A stretch of 39,318 nucleotides of DNA from Dimargaris cristalligena (lineage: Eukaryota). This document shows, one piece after another, positions 21,471 to 33,319 of this stretch. The stretch lies in NCBI GenBank assembly GCA_003614675.1, contig ML002353.1, positions 1-39,318 on the forward strand. The letters run 5' to 3'. Both the position numbers and the translations under genes were made by a program. Position 1 is the first letter of the stretch, and each line of letters begins with the position of its first letter. Below the pieces are notes generated by a model, which saw only the letters and a program-made list of their open reading frames with translations, did not search any database and was not told the DNA's origin.

Positions 21471-23243
21471 ATGCTGTATAGCCCTGTTCGGAAATGGGCC
21501 CCATTATCAGCCGGCACCCTCATTCGATGCGCACAGCGACCCGTCCCTTTCGTCTGTTTCATTCCGACTCGCCGGATCCAGACGGTCGAAACGCATCCCA
21601 CTGGTACCGATTGGGGATCCCGGCTTTTCCAAGGGCGGCTTACCTTTAAACGGCCGGTCCCTCTTTCGGGCGATCTCCTGGACTTGAATCGGGCCCGGGT
21701 ATCCCTGCGCGAGCCCCCCACTCCCCTGAGCACCGCCCAGGTGATCCGCTCCCTTTTTTGGTACACCGTACCAATCCTGACCGACTCCAGTTTGACCGCC
21801 CACTACCCCGCCTTTGGCCTAAGGTCCGTACCACCCCCAGCCGCACTGCCACCCGCTTTATACAAAGACTGGGCCCGGCTACTCATGGCCGTTTACCAAA
21901 TGAACCTGGACCTAGCCTGGTCCCGTTACGACCAACTCGTGCGCGACGCAGGAGGTCCTTTTTTGAGCGAATCGCTCTTCCATAGCCTCCTCCGCCTCAT
22001 TATTCGCTTTTTCCAGCACGAACCGGTCAAGTCCGGGTTCCGGCTGAGTCAGGCCTGGGCCATCATTCAGGATTTCCGGGCAACAGGTCGGCCTTTCACC
22101 CAACCTTCGAGCTACCATGTCCTCATCCAGATACTCGTTCTGAGCAACCAACCGGAAGCGGCCCGGCACGTTCTACAGGCCATGCTGGAGCAGGGCCTCC
22201 CCCTCACCGCCGAGACCTTCCGTGCGTTTATCATGGTTCCCGGTATCAAGGATGAGCATTATGTCATGCGCATCTTTGAGACTTTCGTTGAGTTGGGGGT
22301 CACGCCTACCGTTCCCATCTACGAAACCATGGCCTTCTTGGCCGGGCGCAACGGCAACCTGCAACTATTTACCTGGCTTCTGCAGGACATGGACAAAAGG
22401 GGCCTCACGCCATCCCCAAACGTCTATGCGGCCCATATTCAAATGCTCACCCGACGCCATTTTCGGCGCATGGCCTACGAAAAATTGCTCCAGTACTTTT
22501 CGTCCCAGCACTTCCAGCCCATTGAGCAAAACTCCGCCAGTCTTCGGAGCCGCCGGAGGGGCACGGGGTCTAATCTCTTCATCTATATTGTCCGTAATTA
22601 TTTGCATAGTGCTCCACCGCATTGGGTACTCAACATCCTTGATCTTATGAAGGACTACGAAATTGAAGTGTATGAGCCTATGCTAGCCAAGCTCATTATT
22701 CGCTTTGTAGACCGCCAGGACTACCAAAATGCCATGAAGTTCTACCAGCTTGCCCTAGACCGGGGTGTGACGCTAAGGCCGCAGTGCCGGCGCTACCTAG
22801 CCCGTCTTTTTATGGTCTTTGACTCGTTCGAGTTGGGATGGGAGCTCTTTACCCAGTCGGACCTGGCCTACCAGTACCAGTTTACCAACCCCGAGACCCC
22901 TCCGGCTCTGGACGACCGTCACTTACCGACGGACCCCGGTGCACCTACGAAACCGTCGGCGCTGTACATTCCGCCGGACACCCAGACTCAGATTAGCCTC
23001 GACACGCCCACGATTACGTCCCTAGTCCCCCTATTTTATAGCCACCAACAGTACCGTGCGGTAACGGTGCTCGTCAAGCACATTTGGAGTAAGGGTTTTA
23101 ATCTGCGGACGCCTTTACCGACCCAAATGGTCGCATCGTACATTGCTCTGGGTAAAAAGACCGAAGCCTTACTGTGGTACCGACGCTTCTTAAACAATCG
23201 GATTAACATTGATATCGGAATAGTGGATCAATTGGGTGTTTAG
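21471..23243 (+). CDS. Pentatricopeptide-repeat (PPR) protein, probably mitochondrial, 590 aa, intronless
   Basis: ~35-aa repeats such as SSYHVLIQILVLSNQPEAARHVLQAMLEQGLPLT and VPIYETMAFLAGRNGNLQLFTWLLQDMDKRGLTPS; Arg-rich, acid-poor N-terminus resembling a presequence. Confidence 0.85.
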   Translation: MLYSPVRKWAPLSAGTLIRCAQRPVPFVCFIPTRRIQTVETHPTGTDWGSRLFQGRLTFKRPVPLSGDLLDLNRARVSLREPPTPLSTAQVIRSLFWYTVPILTDSSLTAHYPAFGLRSVPPPAALPPALYKDWARLLMAVYQMNLDLAWSRYDQLVRDAGGPFLSESLFHSLLRLIIRFFQHEPVKSGFRLSQAWAIIQDFRATGRPFTQPSSYHVLIQILVLSNQPEAARHVLQAMLEQGLPLTAETFRAFIMVPGIKDEHYVMRIFETFVELGVTPTVPIYETMAFLAGRNGNLQLFTWLLQDMDKRGLTPSPNVYAAHIQMLTRRHFRRMAYEKLLQYFSSQHFQPIEQNSASLRSRRRGTGSNLFIYIVRNYLHSAPPHWVLNILDLMKDYEIEVYEPMLAKLIIRFVDRQDYQNAMKFYQLALDRGVTLRPQCRRYLARLFMVFDSFELGWELFTQSDLAYQYQFTNPETPPALDDRHLPTDPGAPTKPSALYIPPDTQTQISLDTPTITSLVPLFYSHQQYRAVTVLVKHIWSKGFNLRTPLPTQMVASYIALGKKTEALLWYRRFLNNRINIDIGIVDQLGV

Positions 23244-23681
23244 TCGACCAAGCCGGGTTTGGTGGGAACTACTCTTATCTTTCGGTTGCGAGTGCAATAA
23301 TAATGAATAATAAAAGACCGAACCGGTTGGTTGGATTCTTGTAAACAGTAATAAATAGGTAATCAAAATATATATAAAAAACTACGCCCTTCGGCATAGT
23401 ATTGATGGCTGGCTAGCCATTGGTTGCCATTAATGCCAAAATAAAATGATACCCCAAACGACACGCTGTAGCCAGTTAGGGCAAGTGGGTATGTTTATTC
23501 CCTTCTGACCAGTTGCCGATGGAGGTTTAGTGTAATCTTGTCGCCAGTTACCAAAATTTTAGTGTTAGTGTATGGCGGAGTAGTAGGGAGGAAGTATTGC
23601 GGATAATTTTTTTAGCCAACGACTACCTGTAGGGCCGTTTTAACAATCAGGCAATGCTCTTCGTAGTTGGAGACAAAGAGA

Positions 23682-24851
23682 CTAGACGAATAATTCATGG
23701 ACGAGATTTTGGCATTGGGCCTGGCTCATGAATTCGGAATTAATGATGGCATTACAAGCAAAGATGGTCAACCGGGGTTCCTTGGTGAAGACCCATATCC
23801 GACCGTTTAGGCCAATGGCAACATCCAGGGGCATTTTGGAGCCTAGGAGCGAAAGGATGGGTGTGTTGGGGTTGAGAAGTCTGGCGAAGGAGGAATGTGG
23901 AATCGGGGGTACGCATGCATGGTGGGGGGGGTTAATGAATGAGTTACTTCTACTACGATACCCTCTATCCCGTATCTTTTACTTGACCAAGTCTGTCTAG
24001 TAGAGTGGTACTATAGTGGTAAGCAGTCTACAGTGCGAAATTGGGTTGTTAAGAAAAGGGGGTGGGGGGACCTACCTCTGGCAAAGTTGAAGCGAGCAGT
24101 TCACGACCAGACCTTCCTTTAATTCGCCGTAGCCGTCGGCTTTCCCGGAGTTGGAGTTATAGCATTCCATTTCGGGTTCCATATCTTTGTTGGCGATGGT
24201 CAGTCGACCGTAAACGACGGTGCCGACCTAGAATATGAGGGGGAATGAAGAGCAGTATAGTATAATATAGTATATACTAGTATATTTAGAATGAAGGACG
24301 GGGTGAGAGGGGCATGTATAAAGCCATTATGTAGTTAAGAAGAAGAAGGGCCGGTTGATCCAGTGGTTATTTTACAATTCATTGGGGACTTACGGCGAGG
24401 TTGGGGCGGTTGCGCTTGGTAGCGCCTTCGAAGGCCAGTATGGGCAGTAGGGCGGAGTAGGCACTTCCGATATCCACCTTGTAGTATTCGGCAGAACGGG
24501 CAATGATGGTTCCCACTACAGGTTCGCCGGTGGCGGGTACGTACTGAAGAGACAGGTCGAGGGTATGGGTGTGAGGAGGGTTATGGTTATAGAGGGTTAG
24601 GATATAATGCTTGGTAGAGAGAGGGGTTCTATAGTTCAATCGGGTTTGGTTAGAATTGGACTTACCCGTTTCTTGCTGCCGGTGATCCACCAGCTGTTGC
24701 CGGAGGAATTGTTGGCCAAATAGCCGGCCTGGACGGCCTGGATTCCGGCTTCGGTCTGGAGCAGACCGGGGCCCAGGCGCACGACCTGCTTGGGGTCCGT
24801 GGCCGTAACGGGGGCGGAGTCGCCCGGAAGGACAATGGTGGCGGGGGACAT
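23682..24851 (-). CDS. RRP40: Exosome cap subunit Rrp40 (EXOSC3), 228 aa, 4 exons
   Basis: Exons 24851-24666, 24543-24394, 24227-24076, 23880-23682. Motifs IVLPGD, RLGPGL, KKRYVPATGEPVVG, AFEGATKRNRPNL, KDMEPEMEC, GKADGYGELK, AIGLNGRIWV. Confidence 0.95.
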
Positions 24852-25502
24852 GGTGAGAGTGGGACGGATGCGTTAGGTGGAGGGAGAAACAGGCAGGAGA
24901 GGGTGGCAATGGCAATGGCAATGGAGAGGAAGGTGCATTTACTTCAGGTCTAGTCACTTTCGCCCATTCTCTCTCTCTTTTACTCTATTTTTTTTGTAGA
25001 GGGAAGGAGCCAGTTAGGGTTCTGCCAGCCTGAGGGCAGTGGTGGATGGCGGAGTGATCATCTGCCCATCACGTGAGCCGCCGGGGCTTGGGCTTGGGCG
25101 CGAATATGGCTCAATGGACCTCGGTGTTAGCTGCGGGGAGTGTATATATAATAGATGAGAGATGGAGTGAACGAACGGGGGTAGGAGTATCGCCGATACT
25201 GCTACGTTCACCATAGACGATAATACCCTAAAACAGCCAATAGAGCCGCCGTGGTCAAGCGGGTAACCCCGACCAAGGAAGGAGAGAGGGAAAGGGGCTC
25301 TTTCTTTGTACCTCTCTATCTCTCTGTATATGCGTGCAACCTTGACTTCCCCAGCCGTCTCGCCTCTATGCATACACCTTCCTCTCTTCTTTACTTCACC
25401 CTACTTTACTTCTCTTCTCTTGTATTCCTTCATCCCGTTCTGTGCCGCTTTCCCTCCATCATTCGACCTTATTTACTTCCTTAAGTCTCCTTATTGTCCA
25501 CC

Positions 25503-26480
25503 ATGCCTCCGCCGCCACCACACCCCGACGACAACTTCAACTGCAAGCTGATGGACAGCTTTGCCATATTTATCCAGTCCCTGCTGGGCATCGTGGCTAT
25601 TTCCACGCTGTTTCTCAAACGCCAACACGAGGTTCCCCAGCGTCCGTTTCTGATATGGTTCTTCGACGTTAGCAAACAGGCCTCCGGCTCCGCCATGGTC
25701 CACGGCCTCAACCTATTCGCCGCCTACTTTTCTGGTAAGTCTTCCCACGAGGACTCCAACCCTTGCATATGGTACTTTATGAACCTTGTGCTTGATACCA
25801 CCTTTGGCGTCTACATTCTGTATCTCTACCTCAAGCTGATAAATGTCATTGTCCAGCGGCTCGGCATCGAAAACATGGACTCCGGCGACTACGGCTCCCC
25901 GCCCCGCCCCATCAACTGGGTCAAGCAGTCCATTGCCTTCTTCATGGCCCTCCTGTCCATGAAAGTCACCGTCATGATTGCCCTGGCCCTCTTCCCGTTC
26001 CTCGCCATTGTCGGCCGCATGTTCTTGGCCCCCTTCCAGCACCTGGGCGACCCCCGCATCCAGATTGTCATGGTCATGCTGGTCGTGCCCTTGGTCATGA
26101 ACATTATCCAATTCTGGCTCATTGACCATGTTATCAAGCAAAAACAACCCTCCAAAATTTACATCCCCGACCACGAATCTCCCTCCGACGAGAGCGAGAC
26201 CTTCTTGACCGTCGTATCCGACCACGACTGTGACGATGACCGGGACTCCCTCCCGTACCCCTCCGGCTCGTCCCATGCTTCCGATGATTATCAGGGGGGC
26301 GATGGCCGTCTCGGCGCTCGGCCTGGCTCCTCTAAATTCGCCCAACGGCCCCGTCCGTGGAGCCACACCCACTTTGACGTCAACCATGTGCATGCCTCCC
26401 GTAGTCTTTCCCGGAGCGGGTCGACGGATGATTTCTCCGTGACTGCTTACAGCCGTTTCGAGATGAACAAGTCCCCTTGA
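25503..26480 (+). CDS. STIMATE/TMEM110 (yeast YPL162C-like) multi-pass membrane protein, 325 aa, intronless
   Basis: ATG at 25503. Motifs CKLMDSFAIFIQ, KRQHEVPQRPFLIWFFDVSKQ, NPCIWYFMNLVLDTTFG, SGDYGSPP, VMLVVPLVMNIIQFWLIDHVIK. Confidence 0.88.
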   Translation: MPPPPPHPDDNFNCKLMDSFAIFIQSLLGIVAISTLFLKRQHEVPQRPFLIWFFDVSKQASGSAMVHGLNLFAAYFSGKSSHEDSNPCIWYFMNLVLDTTFGVYILYLYLKLINVIVQRLGIENMDSGDYGSPPRPINWVKQSIAFFMALLSMKVTVMIALALFPFLAIVGRMFLAPFQHLGDPRIQIVMVMLVVPLVMNIIQFWLIDHVIKQKQPSKIYIPDHESPSDESETFLTVVSDHDCDDDRDSLPYPSGSSHASDDYQGGDGRLGARPGSSKFAQRPRPWSHTHFDVNHVHASRSLSRSGSTDDFSVTAYSRFEMNKSP

Positions 26481-28077
26481 AGGCATCTTCTCTTCTCGTA
26501 TTTCATTTTGTGATTTTAGGACCGGTTTGATCGCTCCATTCCATACATCATTGCATCGATAACTTCACCTTGGCTTATTTTGTTCCCCGTTATCTCTTTA
26601 TATTTAGCTCCTCTCTGCAGTGCCGCCGTGTTTTGTATTTCTGGTTAGTTTCCCCCTTATTATTAATTGAAGACCCTAAGCTACCCATTATCTCTTGTTA
26701 TAGTTCCCCGCCCTCCCTATGTATACTTCTTTCCTTGGGCTCGTGTGGTCCCCCAACCCACAGTCACTCCCCCCCCTCCCCTACGCTTGCATCCCCCTCC
26801 AAAGACCACCCCACCTTTTCCCCGCTATATTGAATTAATTGCCGCACTGCGCGACTTGAATCTGTACATTTTCAATCCAGGAGATGCAGCTGTGACCAAG
26901 CCCCCCTCCCATTTTGCTATATTCCTTTTCGTTTTCCCCTTCAGTGTTGGATTTGCTTTTTATACTGTATTGGAATGATCGTACTTCCAATATCCCCGGT
27001 GCTTCCTAGATTTTTAGGATGATGAGACAGTACCCCCTGGCCCCACAGGATGTCCCAACCTTCTCCTCCACCCGCACCACCGAAGTTGTATAACCTAGTC
27101 TGCGGTTCCTTGAATTTGGTCTATTTTAAACAATTATCTCTACCGTGTTTTTTTTTCGCCCCTTTAATCGGAATAATTGTGCTTCTGTGGTCCATACTGT
27201 CGATGCCATTCAATAAACGAGACGGGATTATCCGTCAACAATAGATTTAACAAAGTGAGGGGGGAACATCACGGGAGCCCCTCGCCCAGTTAGAACTTAG
27301 AGGGTTAGGGTAGTCTTGGTTAGTTAGTTGATCGCAGCGGGACAAGACCCAATCAATTGCTGGGCAACTTGGACTGCTCAGCCCCCGCTTGGCGGGCGGG
27401 TGTTAACGGCGTACCTACCACATGGCGGGGTTGCTGTGTATGTCAACTGTGCGGCTATCCATGCCTATGCCTGTGATCCACCAGTATTTATCAGGGCTAT
27501 AGGAAGGAGGAGAACCTTCCGGTCGTGTTCCGGAGCAGGGTGTTCCCTCAGCTTGGTTGGGCTTGACTCTCTCACTCAGACGAGATGGTGGGCATTTATT
27601 TAATCAATCACCCGATACACATACTCGGTGCCCTTTCTTCACTTCTCTACTCGTGACATCAGTGAGCTATCTAACCTTCCGATATTGCCCTACGCCCAGC
27701 GATTGGCTGTGTTTCGTCCCGTTTCTACATTCCTCTCACCTTTTCCATCTCCTCCTGCTCTTGTCTCTAAGTACAGCTTTATACCCTGCTCTCCTACCAG
27801 CATATCCCCCCACCCCGCATACACGCATATATATACCATCCGCCTTTATTGTCCCCTTAGAATACAATCCCATCTCTTCTCATCGCTCACCCCACATTCA
27901 GCTTTGTTTATCCACAGTACTAACGATAGATTCGCTGGATTCAACTAGTAGTCAACTAGTTCCCAACCATCTTGGCAAATTTGAGACAGCTTTGGCCCTC
28001 TAAAGTAACCAACTCCCGAATCCCGCGTCTTAAATAAGCCCCTTGCCGGCCCACAACCACGTCTTTTAGTATCTGTC

Positions 28078-30522
28078 ATGAATATGATGAAACTTAAACA
28101 AGTAAGTGTACCATTTGCCCAGGCTATTAGGCCAGTCCACAACCCCCCCATGCCCATTATCTCAATAAAACTAGCCGTCACATTTACAATAGGCGCTGAC
28201 GATGGCTTCCCACCACAACCAGTCATTAAATACATATGAATATATATATATACCTCCTGATTGACCATTCTTTTTGCCACCCCCTGTTTATATCCCACCA
28301 ATCCAATGTCGCCCTAACCCTCAGTGGACGGGTGAGAAGATGGGTATGAATGAAAAGACCAAGGAGTCGGACGAGTTCACCGCGCTTCAGGAAGTCACTG
28401 ATGCCAAAAAAGGCGCCATCGAAGGGCTCGAGTCGGCCGTCATCCTGTACATCGCCCAAACGGGTAGGTTGATTGATTAGTTACCCCGTGAACCACCACC
28501 TCCCCGCACCTGGCCATTATGCCTGCGAATATTGGAAGTTTTTGATTAGTCAATGGTAGTAAATTGGCTACCCTAGGCCACTAAAATTACAAAGAACCTA
28601 ATGATGTACATCTGCCGTCCCCTCCTTTCGCCTCTACAGAGAAAAAGAAGGGCAGTACCGAGGGTTCCAAGACCAAACTCACCCCCATCGAGAACCTCGG
28701 CGCTAGTATGGTGTCTTTCGGTAACTCCCTCGGCGACCGATCACTCCTGGGGCAGTCTATGGTGAAAATGGGCGAGTGCCAGGAAAAAATTGCGCGGTCC
28801 CTCGAAGAATTTGTAAGTATTTCTATAGGCCCGCGCAGGGCCTTTTTATGTGGAATTCGCTCACCCCTACCTCGTTTTATTTTGGTTGGATTCCTCCACC
28901 CGCGGGCACACCTCAATGTCGGATTCTCTAGAGCTGGCCGGTTCTTATTCCCCTCCCCATGTATATATTCTCTATCGCCGAATATTCCCATATTAATACC
29001 ATGGCTATTATCGACAACCCCTTAGATCCATGAAATCAAAGACCCCTTTGCACGCAATATCAACGAGCTTAAGCGGCAGCTGGATGAATACCACCACCTG
29101 AAGAAGAAAATCAAGTCACGTCGACTAGACTATGATTCCAAGGCCACTCGCGTACGCAGTAGCAAAAAGGAAAAACCCGAACTGGAAGAGGAGGCCCTGG
29201 CGGCCCAAATTAAATACGAAGATACCTACGACGACGTCCTCAACCGCATGATTCAGTTGGAGGACGATGAGGACATGTATCTGGAGGACCTCAGCTCCTT
29301 CTTCCAGTCTGAACTGGCCTACCACCGTAAAGCAGTCGCCACCCTCGAGGAAATCGCTGAGTGGATGGAAAGTAGCACCCAAATGAAACGTAAGAGCGCC
29401 CGCGAGCGTTTCAACATCGAAGTACCCGAACGCCGTCGGAACCACAGTCCCTACAGCGAAGTGGGTGGATCCATTCGACGTACTTCGACCTACCGCCAAC
29501 CGGGCTCCGAACGTTCCCCTAGTCAGCGGCCCGCCAGACGACCCTACGACCCCGATGTTCAGGACGATGACCGGTCCGATACCTACAGCCAGGCTCCGAG
29601 TCGATTAGACGATGACTATGAGGATGACGCCCGTAGTTTCCGTACCACCGGTTCCCGCTCCCGCAGCCGGGCTGGTTCAAGCAACCGGCGACCAAGCGTG
29701 TATTCGACGGCTTCGGGCCATGAGACGGACCCCTTCGACCGGCCTGCACCACCTAGCCAGCCCCGTGAAAAGGAGCCAGTTCGGGAGCCGGCCCGTCCCC
29801 CGCCCCCACCACGAGCCGCCCCACCACGCCCGAAGTACCATAAGGCCGTTTACGAATTCGACAGCGGGGCGACTGATGAATTGGCTTTCCAAGAAGGGGA
29901 CCTTATCGCCATCGTGGAGGAGCTCCCGGACGAAGGTTGGTGGATGGGCGAAATGACTGATCCGCGCACCGGCCGGGTTACCAAGGGGCTGTTCCCGGTG
30001 AATTACACCGAGGAGTGTGCCGAAGAAGAACTCCCTCCCTATGTGGATGAGGAGCCCGAGGTCCGACCGGCACTACCATCCCGGGCCCCATCGTTTGCCC
30101 AACCTTCCCCGTCCACCTCGTCTTTGTTTTACGATACAGCGTCACCTAGTGTTGTGTCCACCGCCAGTTACGCTAGCCCAGTCGTACCCTCTGTGCCCCA
30201 ATTTACCCGATCTTCACCCGTAGCCGCTGCTGCCGCCGCCGCCGCTTCGCGGGCTAATGTAGTGCCTCAGACGGCCATCTCGGCAGCAGGTCACCATCGA
30301 GCCCCTCCCCCGCCCCCACCAGCATCGGTATTGGCCGCTGCGGTGCCTGCTTCCTCTGCTGGTATGGTAAAGGCAACCAGAGTCGCCGCCGCGGTCAATC
30401 GACCCACAGGCGGGGGACCGTCCGCATCAGCGGATGCAGCTTGTTCGACTTGTGGATGCGACGACTACTCTCCCAACGTATTCCGTAAGAATTATTGTAA
30501 CAACTGCTTTCACTGCCATTAG
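28078..30522 (+). CDS. Endophilin-like N-BAR + SH3 protein with C-terminal Cys/His motif, 610 aa, 4 exons
   Basis: Exons 28078-28101, 28325-28463, 28640-28812, 29026-30522. N-terminus MNMMKLKQWTGEKMG..KTKESDEF, BAR signature KKKIKSRRLDYDSK, SH3 KAVYEFDSGATDELAFQEGDLI..GWWMG..GLFPVNY. Confidence 0.88.
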
Positions 30523-31008
30523 ATATGGGCGCGATTTCTCTCAACTCCGCTTCACCCCTGAATCCCCTCATAGGCCTTGCTTGCTTTTTATAGTTTATTT
30601 TATTTTTTTATAAAAACCTCGGTTAGGCTGTTGGTGTCTTTCCCTTTTAGCTCTTAGTGAGTCCGTGTTCGTTTTATTGACATTTATATGTCGCTGTACA
30701 CCCCTCTTCCTCCCACCTTCCCTTTCTTCTGTGCCCGTCCTGTTTAGTAGTATTTTATTTTTAAACCAAATACATTATTTACTGTGCATTCTAATGGTCT
30801 AAATAGCCCCTGGTGGATGGGCCTTGAGAATCTCACTGAGGGGTGGGGTTGTTAGTGTGGTGGATTTTCTGGAGTTCGGATAACCCTGATTAAACCCAAA
30901 AAGGGGACACCTTCATTTCACAGCCATAATATGACTTCGCTCCTAGGTGACTGAGGGCGAGCCAGTTGTCGTATAGTGCCGTTTATATCGGAATACCCCC
31001 TTCAGAAA

Positions 31009-31431
31009 CTAGATGGGTGATGGAACAATGGGCGGACTAGTTGATACACTCAGATCCAAAGGGGCTTTCGACGACCTTTGGTATTCTTCCAATTCTGGTA
31101 GCGTTAATGGAATATCCGGTGGGGGCTGGGTATGGTATAGCGAAAGAATGTGTCCGGCAATATTGACTAGGTCCCGAAGATCGGAGTCGAACACCGTCCA
31201 CCAAGGGGGCTGGTCCGGGAGTTTAACCTGACACTGGCGGGCCGCTAGAAAGAGCGCCGCACAGGCAATTATGGGTGGTTGGTAACTGACATAAATATTG
31301 GTACGGAGCCTAATCGGGGAAGCGGCAACATCCACATAGTAATATAACAGTATATATATATAAGGTCGTTAATGGATAATATAGCGGGTGAATTAAGGTT
31401 ATGGTGGATATATGGGAAATGTCGAGTAGCG

Positions 31432-31492
<61 letters not shown>

Positions 31493-32668
31493 GATCCGCA
31501 ATCAATTAGAGGCATACGCCATGAAAGAGGCTGGGTACTCACCCATCATTGAGATAGTTCCAGGACATTTGAGGGATCCGGGGGTGTTGGGTAAGGCCAA
31601 GGCATTGTAAATAATTAACTAATAGGGCGTAAGGCAACTGGACTTGTACGTTGAAGGCCAGTCGCTTAAGGATCTGAAGCTCAGCGACCGTTAGCCCGTT
31701 TTTCATATCGTAAAAGAGCTTTAGGTAAAGGTCAGTAAGGAAGGATGCAGAGCATAAGGTCAAGGTCAAGATTAATTAGAAGGTTAATCGCAGCTAGGGT
31801 TGCACGACGATCCTCGTGTCTCTAAAGGTTCATGGACATGCTAGCCCTGGAAAGCGGGAATAGGGGGCATACATCGTTCTACAATGCAATGGAGTATATC
31901 GACCCGAATAATCGGGTGGACCTCGGGTAACTTACTGGACTGAAACTCTCAAGTGGGATAATGGGTAAATCCTGTTTCTTTTTAATAACATAATCAAATA
32001 CATTGATAATGTCCTTGACTTTTCGGGGCGATTCCTCGATTTTACAGGCCAGGAAAAGCGCACCCATGATGGTGTCCTATATAGGGTCGACGTTAGAGAA
32101 TAATGAAAGGAGGAGGAGTCCATATTTCCTAAAGTTAGTTTGCCGAATACTGAGTAATACGGGCCGCTTTAAACTACAGGACTCGTACCTGGGTGTAGGC
32201 TAGGGCAGGTGGCCATGTAGCATGGTAAACCATGTCCACACCGTTATGGCGCGGACCTGGATCGCAGGGATACTGTTGGAGGGTGTGGGAGGGACTTACC
32301 CGCAATGCGAACTTGGTGAAGGACGACACGTAGTAAAACCGCTGAACTAGGACCTGCGCAGTGGCCATTGCTACCTGGGGTCTACGTCAAAAACCAACGA
32401 TAGGCAAACGCAGTGGGCGGGATTAGGCAAATACCGGGGAATCCATTACATACTTAGAATGACAGAGCTGGGGAGATCTTTGGCCAATGCCGGTGAGGGA
32501 AGTGCTGACTTACAGGCCCAGGAGAATGCCAGCGGCTTGAATGAGGTCGCAGCCGGTGCAGCGTAGTTGCTGTTCGAGAGCCGGGTCCACCCCATCCCGC
32601 CCTGACGGGGTGGTTTCGAGCTGGTCGGCGGTTACTAGCGGATTGGCCAGCGATAGTCGGGGAGCCAT
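31009..32668 (-). CDS. Cyclin L (CDK11 partner), 284 aa, 5 exons
   Basis: Exons 32668-32514, 32381-32300, 32076-31936, 31718-31543, 31309-31009. Motifs [83 protein letters not shown]. Confidence 0.92.
31435..31489. repeat. (AG)n microsatellite in the last cyclin L intron
   Basis: About 27 perfect AG units. Confidence 0.95.
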
Positions 32669-32911
32669 GCGTGAATATACAGTACAAATATAAAAGGTAT
32701 GTTTGGAATATAATAAGAGGCGCATGTGGAATTAGGATGCGGGGCCCGTTTCACCAATGTAAGTTAGTGAGTGATTTGGTGGTGGTTGGTTACCTATGGG
32801 CTATTATTGGTGTGGTGGCTTGTATACATCTTTTGGAATGTAGGAGGGGGAAGAGTTGGTGTGACTGTATGCTCTCCAACATCACCCCGGATGGAGAGAC
32901 TCAATGGAATA

Positions 32912-32921
32912 GTCACGTGAC
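32912..32921. promoter_or_regulatory. Palindromic E-box GTCACGTGAC in the divergent cyclin L / LIM promoter
   Basis: Perfect 10-bp palindrome between two head-to-head start codons (32668 and 33320). Confidence 0.4.
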
Positions 32922-33319
32922 AAATGGCCCATCACTCTACAGTGGAACCAAGGCCCGGCATTTATCACTGTGGTTTCATTTTCAATAGTCAGCATCGGCA
33001 GCGGCTTACGTTAAGCCGAGCAAGGACAATGAAATAGGGGCATACGTTGTGTGGTTATCTTTGGCCCTTCAGCGACGGCGCTCCGGCCCATTTAGGTACG
33101 CTGCTATTACTTTGCCCTTCGAAACACCCTCCTGCACTCCACTGTTCTCTTCTCACTCCCCCCGGCTTTTGCTTTGTTCCTTAATACTTCGCTTCCCCCG
33201 CCCCCGAATCCCCGCACTTTGCCCTAACCGTATCGTACCATATCGTTTCGTATTGTCTTGTATCGCCCCCGCGGTTTCGTCGAACTTCCTGCCTCCTCTT
33301 CTTAAACCACTAGCCCGCC

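Noticed and set aside
25713-26486. 257-aa minus-strand ORF
   Set aside because: Antisense shadow of the high-GC3 STIMATE-like CDS.
27302-27311. GGGTTAGGG telomere-like sequence and scattered TTAGGG elsewhere
   Set aside because: Fewer than two full units; expected by chance, not an interstitial telomere array.
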